Positions 37,601 through 42,298 of a stretch of DNA of 42,298 nt are shown here, one piece after another. The stretch's first letter is position 1. The number at the start of each line of letters is the position of its first letter. A model generated the notes under the pieces. That model saw only the letters and a list, made by a program, of their open reading frames with translations, searched no databases and was not told the origin of the DNA. Source of the stretch: a virus; the IMG/VR virus record IMGVR_UViG_3300046710_000057, positions 86,339-128,636 of that record; one strand, given 5' to 3'. The position numbers were made by a program, and so were the translations under genes.

Positions 37601-40351
37601 GGTGGAATCCCTCCGTACCAGCAACAACAAGTCAATCCTTATTTGACGAATAATTACGGCGGAGTCGGTTGTGGTGGATACGGTCAACCTCCGTGTCCTG
37701 GCGGCTATGGTATCTCGCAGGGGATGCCACAACAGGGTGTAGGCGGTTACAATGGCACTGGTAACCCATATCTCTCTGGCGGTAGTCCTGGGTACGATAA
37801 CGCTCAGAGTTTACCTGAACAATTGAATAGTCAAATGAATCAAGGTGGGAACTTTGGCAAGGGTAAAGGTGACGGAAACTTTGGCAAGAAGGGTCAAGGC
37901 AATGCGAGTCTCGGTAAGATTGATTCCAGTGCTGGCGGTCTTAACAAATCGTGTGGGAGTCTGAATACTTCTTGTGCTGGATTGAACTCAGCTTGTGGCA
38001 ATATCAATTCCGCTTGTGCAAAACTCAATAGTTCTGTAGGTTCTGCTGGTTACGGTACAGGTCTCGGATTTGGCGGTCAACCTACTGGCGGCACTCCTGG
38101 CACTCCTGGTTTCGGTCAGCCATACGGCGGAAGCTACGAAGCTGGTCCTGGTCCAGTAGCACAAAGTTTCGATGGTGGATTCAACGATATTTATGGCAAC
38201 TCTTGGATTGGGAATGCTGGTGATTATAACATTCCTGGTCCTCCTGCACAACAATTCGGTGGCGGATTCAATGATATATATGGTAACTCTTGGATGGGAA
38301 CACCTAGTGCTTATGGATACAGTGGCGGTGCTGCTGGTTATGGTCCTGGTACAATTGGTGGTCTCGCTGGTGGTTGTGGTGGTGGCGGAAAGGGTCTTAA
38401 TGATCTTGCTGGTGGTCAAGGTGGTTTTGGCAAGAAGGGCGGCGGACAAGGTTTTGGTAAGAAGGGACAAGGAAATGCCAGTCTCGGAAAGATTGACTCA
38501 TCGGCTGGTGGTTTGAACTCTTCGTGTGCCGGTTTGAATGCAGCTTGTGGTAATCTGAATAGTGCTTGTGCGAAACTGAACGCTTCGCCTGGATTAACAG
38601 GTCAGAATCAAGGATTGTTTGGTGCTCAACCTGGTACTCCTGGTTTCGGTCAACCATATGGCGGCAGTTATGAAGCTGGTCCTGGTCCGGTTGCACAAAA
38701 CTATGGTGGTGGATTCAACGATATTTATGGCAACTCTTGGGTCGGCACTGCCGGAGATTATGGAATACCTGGTACTCCAGCGCAAGGTTTTGGTAGTGGT
38801 AATCTAGTTGGATTCAACGATGTCAACGGCGACTCGTGGATGGGAACTCCTGGCTCTTATGGCTACAATGGCAACTATGGTACTGGTTACGGTCCAGGTG
38901 CGATAGGCGGACTTGCTGGTGGCTGTGGTGGCGGTGGAAAGGGTCTTAACGATCTTGCGAGCCAAGGTGGATTCGGCAAAAAGGGCGGACAACAAGGCTT
39001 TGGCAAGAAGGGTCAGGGTAGTGCAAGTCTTGGGAAGATAGATTCATCTTGTGGTGGGTTGAATGCGTCCAGTACTGGTCTGAATGCTGCTTGTGGAAGT
39101 TTGAACACTGCTGCTCAGAATCTTTCGGCTGCTTCTGCTGGAATGGGGGCTGGAGGAGGTAGACCTGGAGCACTTGGGCAACAGTTTGAAGGTGGATTCA
39201 ACGATGTCAATGGTAATTCATGGGTAGGGACTCCTGGTGATTATCCTGGTCCAGTTGCACAACAATTCAATGGAGGATTCAACGATACTTCTGGCAATTC
39301 TTGGGTAGGAACTCCTGGTGATTACGGATATACTTCAGGTGGATACCAGCCTTACGGTATGCCTGGTTACTTTGGTGGAAGTGCTGGCGGTCTTGGTGGC
39401 TGTGCTGGCCTTGGTGGTATTGGCAAAGGTGGAGCAGGAGGATTTGGCAAGAAGGGTGGTCAAGGCGGCATGGACGCCGTAAAAGGCGGCGGCGGTGGTG
39501 GATTCGGTAAGAAGGGCGGTGCTGGTGCTCAAGGTGGTATGGGAGCCGTTGTTGGACCTCCTGGTCACGATTTCGCTATGGGCGGCAGTCCTGCTGGTGG
39601 CGCTGGTGCTGCTGGGGCCGGTAACTTTGGTAAGAAGGGTGGAGCCGGAAATATGGGCCTCGCTGGTGGTATGGGCGTAGACCCTGGCGCTATGCAATCT
39701 GCTCAACGTGCAGCAGGTAGTTTTGGTGGAGGTGGTGGTGCTGCTTCTGCTATGACTGCTGCTGCTGGTGGTGGTGGATTCGGTAAAGGTGGTGGCGGAG
39801 GAGCTAAAGGTGGTGGCGGTGCTGGCGGTGCTGGTGGCGGTGGTATGGGTAGCCTGATGTATGGCGTCGGCGCATTCGGTCAAGGTATGCAAGAAGGATT
39901 TACTGCTCCAAGTGCCATTGGAACCTTAATGACAGGTATGATGATGGGCGGACCTATGGGAGCCGGTCTTGGACTTCTGTTCCTTGGTCTCGGTGCGATG
40001 TTTGGTAAGGGAAAGAAGAAGAAACAAGAAGCTCCTAAGTGGGAACTCGACAAGAAGGGCGAGTTTGGTATGATCAAAGAGCCGGAAGACGTTATGTGGG
40101 CAACCAAGAAGTATGTCCGCAGAGCTTCTGAGGGTGGTCGTGAAGGTCTGCCTTACAACCTCGGTCGAACTCCTACTTGGTGGGAACAGGCTGGCGTTAT
40201 CAAGACGCAAAGTAACATTCAGTTTGCTCGAATTGAGATCGTCGGAGTCTCTGACCCAAGAGAGGCCGGTAGAGAGTTTGTTGCCGGTATGACTGAAGCT
40301 CCTTCCGCAGTCCTTGCGGCAGGACTCAACAATGGGAGTAGTGTAAGATAA
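28631..40351 (+). CDS. tape measure protein with TP901-type core, CHAP-like and SLT muralytic domains, and a long Gly/Gln/Pro/Cys repeat region
   Basis: AANFEKKMAEVNSI...GLYNLMSSG (~29714-30560), hydrophobic segments and long coiled coils. Also NCGAYA...GHYA...NEQY (~34820-35140) and IRAVVKQES...AGGLMQLMPGT...YNG (~35250-35600). Confidence 0.92.
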   Translation: MSMMDDLTWRIGVILDAKLKNIDSIRQEFQVAEKAATNLEERVKQVSAAVDRLHSQGFGAQKGISEVSSAIGVLKSYGAEIQNITQQHKVAEASANQLFSKITAMQSRAGSLTERLAGKQNEQQVALGNANVARTQGASAAVIAGYQVEAAAAGRSAGGLTTALNKQEQQLVRLRQEYAQVEGQVATYKDQMKQVENATKTMNYAPSIVTSPLTGLITDNEKKIPILRNQMRNIDVIIKRSQANVASGALSQVNPALYASRAKAENQIGLLQFGKKYSMPDPMALVPASHQNAPFGQDVAAAATQSRMIDQQIAQLKRFETQQTTIGMQMRRIGSDIGFTAMRLSMVTAGIGAFFYTAATQAANFEKKMAEVNSITDYTTEGFAQAKTEVMDLFTNLPVKNIDDLTNGLYNLMSSGVKAGDSMKVLELSAKAAIAGQTDLDTASKALIGTLNAFALPMSAASDVLDKQFKLVQLGIGRYKDFQPVLGKLEVTAKAAGQSIATTYGTLAQLTRMGFTPRMGAMSEQRFMADMISKRGKIKTELGIDTVDVNTGRPKELLVFMAELQKRVQEGKVSLEGIQKALGNMNSVRFVQAFLSQFGQFKELINETANSAGAWESAYKKAVDNTADRIQLLKNQWNAAMITIGGSPAVKAATLGLITGLKSAVDFMRSGNGAIANFAASILLITGGFTGLSAAVLTGTAGLARFVGMFASVKGAAATLQIAKIAFGLSSVVGVTDVVTGKVMAANAGLQGLGLTAAGTAGAVSMLRVGLVALGIALVAYGVKAFIDYLTSGTREALKQADATAVLADKILALGVVTDKSSASFKSQQDAMNDLRKTVPELVALYDSGALSMTEFGQRAKAAAAEMKQLAKERQWGAPGSNGDWRNSIEGWWNRGMLGAQMEGIPAPAPAELPETGTISKATAKIGIHDTLVETYKGLKDAGDILGKAQDSWQKALEKSGGNTKAAKELMQKEADKVQDEINAVKNRMMTYDMSLYPFYKAPLKKEDTQQLKNLQIQKAAIESGGGISKANLTDIMTQYISRQENDLTGFFKAMGTDYSTILRDVMANVAPGKDILSAADLVEIKKALIERLKQLGMPERTLKALAKDLEKVTKEELTRTANAKSLTAIMDTITKECVDNIAKTIAAAGELAIQEMQGKNKEFSKVLGESAKQASAKGGTISDIVEYAQGSSVKPGTIPHRSDAWMRQEAKKTVNAGLTKENPSIMAGDIVINLNTGANGIRQLNGNILTNNGETTLQDLLGMTKEGGYNPYTTVQGGLNEGTFLQKGYAGMAQAMPEKDIEARNMKATAYLNTMRQIRKESRQAELESQMAEMRNVPFGANYDARKQEADYQAQRLQIKMSHDMDVQARKEQLEDQRVSGKLDDAQMAKLKAEASKTEIAKEAATYQELETLAREHARTMINLAMDEAMAREQYFNGLQQTQLKAAQEYTNLTARTQVEQVQAIRQGYEAELGALKVGLKQQLVEREKMYQGGKISPQEYKDAGKGILDSYNKQMVNLFLNTEKTIREKMANIYQGQSQSYLDAMRAVQAYNQKVAEVSGAGVQTRIQLARQEGAIKIAALDEEHKHFLQTADDMGKTDQERTNEFIKYAAERKAAALDAIQAERELALGDWQKQAEAYNAARKSMAEARASVREGMGDSPAAAMRSKSMQGAQGAMGGLYNSKAAGVQDDLQQRIEDIRMEQEAWKANAAVHGTTAAEMSAMDQKFAADRVKAFADAAKSMRELAVNELDAYASFVQDIGGASASSMYDMAKQMDPILEQMGVSAMDRAKRLSGALKEAVASDKSTITGMMDMLDLPKEKIVQIRQNMIDHGFFFGEEQKQAEMENMKDMFDLAVGSQKRIAEAGANAIGEAFKGLIKGNLSFGEALQKIWQGFTDAAIDEFTNIYIKQPMREAMRTPQEKAMEAQLMQLSSKPYDQERKNLMGMVDAKGGFKGAADIQMQAAVLFSQSVAMMNALKAPVPPGAFNPTGLPTMQYDQWGNVIPPNVTVPGRPTAAQYPPQLSTLPEVPGGVKGLGVIPAGYAMGKTMFGGTSSRAANLPPLNCGAYAAQNMHDLYGWAGQSTRDLRNPKLATRIQSPSIEDIQPGMIAHWPPGSNHAAGHYAGIMRGPDGKLYYNEQYNQRGDAVANVRKNRPVTSDMPNEVYSLRGVNLGRDWMQGQGPVTGAPALAGVQEIPKHLQLSNVPYDKYIMDAAKKYNLDPNLIRAVVKQESHFDPNVTSSAGAGGLMQLMPGTFKGLEGPGHDVFDPKTNIDAGSKYLAELQKKYNGDLDKMLAGYNGGPRAVKALEAGRTWPGVQKYIDEVEGKKAGFAAMEDKAKSKIKAKLPTVQKTPEELLQEQMKGEGIGKAATPDVTGLADAFFQSMTQALQDANLPTKDQLENAIEILQGIRENITDMADKTTGISEADRKAAWEGRHPLTEPARPDMQQALGTDTLGQYGALPAGWTRDRNGIMVPPATAGPAAPFLTEPLQAGPLQGPMLPTTPSQLFPSWLTSPTQPQDMLFPPWGAMQPPQQQGPMQAGQVTVQTGQTTVEGQVVNEPAKPQEPGIAGVPAPGQQSIEATAAAPQQITATATQQTAVNTAAMAQMMSLNPGIPGAQGILPGMGMGGQPCGGYGQPPCPSGYGLSQGMPQQGNPYLSGGGPLDDNAQSLPSQLTDQMGNGGFGKGKQGFGKKGDGQDSLGKINAAAGKYDAAGTGIKSACGSLTGACSKLNSSVGATGYKVGGGAGQPCGGFGQPPCPPGVGGGAGGYAGWTRDRSGNMIPPERPLLQEPAGPWTPGFKSNFTGPLSVQPEMLPGLMKKYEEWQRKMFPGFEAPPGPGAGLAVPLQEYPLGPDANAARNDRIYQTPWGMATPNELEGKNPLGQPIQAQQVTVQAGQATVQGPVQQQPTPQEQQPPVPVSPTQQGIGAAVTPEQQAATLQQIGESPSQQATAAATQQTAINTGAMAQNISMMGGLPGAQGMGMMPGMGVGGIPPYQQQQVNPYLTNNYGGVGCGGYGQPPCPGGYGISQGMPQQGVGGYNGTGNPYLSGGSPGYDNAQSLPEQLNSQMNQGGNFGKGKGDGNFGKKGQGNASLGKIDSSAGGLNKSCGSLNTSCAGLNSACGNINSACAKLNSSVGSAGYGTGLGFGGQPTGGTPGTPGFGQPYGGSYEAGPGPVAQSFDGGFNDIYGNSWIGNAGDYNIPGPPAQQFGGGFNDIYGNSWMGTPSAYGYSGGAAGYGPGTIGGLAGGCGGGGKGLNDLAGGQGGFGKKGGGQGFGKKGQGNASLGKIDSSAGGLNSSCAGLNAACGNLNSACAKLNASPGLTGQNQGLFGAQPGTPGFGQPYGGSYEAGPGPVAQNYGGGFNDIYGNSWVGTAGDYGIPGTPAQGFGSGNLVGFNDVNGDSWMGTPGSYGYNGNYGTGYGPGAIGGLAGGCGGGGKGLNDLASQGGFGKKGGQQGFGKKGQGSASLGKIDSSCGGLNASSTGLNAACGSLNTAAQNLSAASAGMGAGGGRPGALGQQFEGGFNDVNGNSWVGTPGDYPGPVAQQFNGGFNDTSGNSWVGTPGDYGYTSGGYQPYGMPGYFGGSAGGLGGCAGLGGIGKGGAGGFGKKGGQGGMDAVKGGGGGGFGKKGGAGAQGGMGAVVGPPGHDFAMGGSPAGGAGAAGAGNFGKKGGAGNMGLAGGMGVDPGAMQSAQRAAGSFGGGGGAASAMTAAAGGGGFGKGGGGGAKGGGGAGGAGGGGMGSLMYGVGAFGQGMQEGFTAPSAIGTLMTGMMMGGPMGAGLGLLFLGLGAMFGKGKKKKQEAPKWELDKKGEFGMIKEPEDVMWATKKYVRRASEGGREGLPYNLGRTPTWWEQAGVIKTQSNIQFARIEIVGVSDPREAGREFVAGMTEAPSAVLAAGLNNGSSVR
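36020..39870 (+). repeat. nested coding repeats in the TMP C-terminal region
   Basis: Unit A starts at 36020 and 36941 (GCTGGCTGGACACGAGAT). The unit B segments at 38101 and 38635 are offset by 534 nt. Recurrent FGKKG, CGGxGQPPCP, GFNDxxG(N/D)SWxG and Cys heptads. Confidence 0.9.
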
Positions 40352-40548
40352 TGCCAGCAAACAAGAACGTGACTGTAGGCGAGATAATTGACGAACAAAA
40401 CCGTCAGAATCCTAAGAAGCCGGTTAAGGTTGCGAGCACGCCAGAAGTGCGAATAATTGTTGGCAGGGTAGTTTCGCCAAGATACATCTTGGATGCTTCT
40501 ATAGCCGAAATCGAGCGTGGTCTAAACTGCGTACGGAGCGTGAGGTAA
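40351..40548 (+). CDS. small hypothetical protein
   Basis: Coupled by TAATG overlaps to both the TMP gene and the next gene. Confidence 0.55.
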   Translation: MPANKNVTVGEIIDEQNRQNPKKPVKVASTPEVRIIVGRVVSPRYILDASIAEIERGLNCVRSVR

Positions 40549-41216
40549 TGGCAAGAGTAAACTGGAAGTTTAGTTCAATAGTATACTACGACGATGATGC
40601 TGTGCAGAAAATGCTTGACAATAACCCTGTCGAGTTTTACCTTCTGGATGGCAAACCTCAGTTCGAGGAGTATAAACTAAATGGGCTAGTAACAAAGATC
40701 GTCTTCCGAAAGAAGGCAGGCGACCCTAGACTCGTGCTTCAGCACAAGTTCCAACTGACTTATCCGAAGCTCGACAAGGAAGCATTGGACGTTCTGTTAC
40801 AGTATTCGCGCTACTGGAACCAGAAGATTTACTTGAAGTTGTGGCAGTTCGATGCGAAATATGACTCTGGGTTGGCTGATGAGACTGGAGCGTTCCTGTG
40901 CTGGCCCAAGGGTGATAACACGTATCTGGAGTACTTTACTCCATTCCGTAACCTTGCAAGTGACGAGAGTGCTCGAACTAAGGTTTGGGTTGATTCTACC
41001 GGAACTGGATTTGAGGAAGTAGAGACTGGATTCACTATCGACTACATAGACGGCAAAGTAACATTCGACACTACTTTGACGGCTACAGATGTTGTGAAGA
41101 TGCACTTTGTATGGAATCCAAGAGTTGTGATCTTGGACCTCGACCCCAAACCACAAGCAGGACAAGGGTATGGGGTTCCTAAGTTCACTCCGATCATTGT
41201 GATGCAGGAGGTCTAA
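40548..41216 (+). CDS. distal tail (Dit)/DUF2460-like protein
   Basis: Position after the TMP. F.LTYP.L...LL.Y and FTIDY.DGKVTF...DVV motifs. Confidence 0.6.
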   Translation: MARVNWKFSSIVYYDDDAVQKMLDNNPVEFYLLDGKPQFEEYKLNGLVTKIVFRKKAGDPRLVLQHKFQLTYPKLDKEALDVLLQYSRYWNQKIYLKLWQFDAKYDSGLADETGAFLCWPKGDNTYLEYFTPFRNLASDESARTKVWVDSTGTGFEEVETGFTIDYIDGKVTFDTTLTATDVVKMHFVWNPRVVILDLDPKPQAGQGYGVPKFTPIIVMQEV

Positions 41217-41221
41217 TCAAG

Positions 41222-42298
41222 ATGCCGTATATAGCACCACCAGGACGAAGGTTGGCATACAACCGAGACGGAACAGAAGTGTGGATTTGGGACTACAACG
41301 ACTTCGTGTACAACAAAGCTCAACTCATCCAAAAAGAGCTTGACATCATCAACAACGAAGACCTTGATACCCATAGTTTCACGACGGCCATCAACTATCA
41401 CTATTATCAGTGTGTCGGATTCCTGTTTCCTGTTCCTATGGACATAACGCACTTCTTCTTTTCTGCATCTTGGGCTGGAGGCGCTGAAGCACAATATCCT
41501 ACTACTCTGACTGCTGTTCAGTATAGTACGGATACCACCAATGGAGACGACGGCACTTGGTACGATGTTGTCGGTCTTGAAGTTTCTTTGCCATACACGT
41601 TGCCGACTCACCCTATGACATTATGGCGAAGCGGCATTCATATCTCTGGAGGAATTGCAGCAACAGGCATACGTTTTGTAGTGCATAATACGACCGCCAC
41701 AGTCTACTACAAGGCCATTCATCTTTACGGAATGGTTCACGTTGATACTACTCAGCGTTTGGCGTTCTGTGGAGTTGATGGTGCAGCCGAACTGACCGCA
41801 GACAAAGATTTTGGGAATCAACAGCGTGACGGCACGACAGGCGACGAGGAAAAGTACAATCTTTCGATCAAGAATATGCACGAAACTTTAACCGCCAAAG
41901 ATGTATTCCTCAAAGTGGCAACAAAGAGTTGCATCACTTGTATGGGAGATTTGTACAATCAACTGTCTGATTGGCGCTTCATAACAGGTGGTGAAAAGAA
42001 CTTTTTGAGGACCAGTTCGGAAGCTGCCTCTCGTTATTTGTACTGGGGATTGACGGTCGCTGGGGATGTCAGAACGGTCACTGTCTATCGTTATCCTATA
42101 TTCTCAAACGACTACAAACTAGCTAGTGGTTCTCGAACTGGTCCTGGTGAGATCGTGCTTGACCAGTATCTCTTTTCAGGTCTTACAGGCACAGTCTATA
42201 TCAGCAGCGTCACACCGTATGCCGATAATACCGACACGACGGCCAACATCCTTTATCAGATGTTGGACCAGGAAGCATGTAACTGGTTTGATCTGCGC
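41222..42298 (+). CDS. 3'-truncated tail protein (not in the ORF track)
   Basis: SD CAGGAGGT before ATG 41222. I translated it without a stop to the window end (MPYIAPPGRRLAYNRDG...YSTDTTNGDDGTW...), including a discoidin-like S.DTTNG.DGTW motif. Confidence 0.75.
   Translation, partial: MPYIAPPGRRLAYNRDGTEVWIWDYNDFVYNKAQLIQKELDIINNEDLDTHSFTTAINYHYYQCVGFLFPVPMDITHFFFSASWAGGAEAQYPTTLTAVQYSTDTTNGDDGTWYDVVGLEVSLPYTLPTHPMTLWRSGIHISGGIAATGIRFVVHNTTATVYYKAIHLYGMVHVDTTQRLAFCGVDGAAELTADKDFGNQQRDGTTGDEEKYNLSIKNMHETLTAKDVFLKVATKSCITCMGDLYNQLSDWRFITGGEKNFLRTSSEAASRYLYWGLTVAGDVRTVTVYRYPIFSNDYKLASGSRTGPGEIVLDQYLFSGLTGTVYISSVTPYADNTDTTANILYQMLDQEACNWFDLR

Noticed and set aside
36020-39870. TMP repeats as a CRISPR array or RiPP precursor array
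   Set aside because: The repeats are in-frame, codon-degenerate and irregularly spaced. There are no cas or peptide-maturation genes in the window.
1-42298. tRNA/rRNA genes, integrase, transposase, introns or inteins, alternative genetic code
   Set aside because: Intergenic gaps are under ~80 nt with no cloverleaf seen. TerL, portal and capsid are uninterrupted, and genes read full-length in the standard code.

Overview
The window is one + strand, tightly packed virion-morphogenesis region of a tailed dsDNA phage or prophage with a siphovirus-type layout (no sheath gene). The order is: appendage/fibre genes (a truncated DNRLRE-like protein, a 1327-aa strict 20-residue repeat protein, a collar-like protein); a putative TerS; two paralogous beta-helix spike-like proteins; GpA-type TerL; PBSX-type portal; a Com-like zinc finger; a CHAP amidase; a double-domain prohead protease with a nested scaffold start; and the major capsid protein. 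Then come a four-gene glycan cassette (GT9 with YqbF-like N-terminus, metal-less PHP, GT4-GT2 fusion, CapD-like dehydratase), neck genes, the tail tube, a further GT-A glycosyltransferase, tail chaperones with a -1 frameshift, a 3906-aa tape measure protein, a Dit-like protein and a truncated tail protein. The best candidate for a new system is a regulated virion-glycosylation module. Glycosyltransferases sit directly after both the capsid and the tail-tube genes, and both share a 22-nt element AGGAGGACCA-N4-GAGTCCCA over their translation starts. The capsid protein ends in Ser, and a Com-like translational regulator lies in the same operon. The tape measure protein also carries an unusual ~1,300-aa Gly/Gln/Pro/Cys multi-repeat region. 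All assignments come from reading motifs and gene order by eye; no searches were run.
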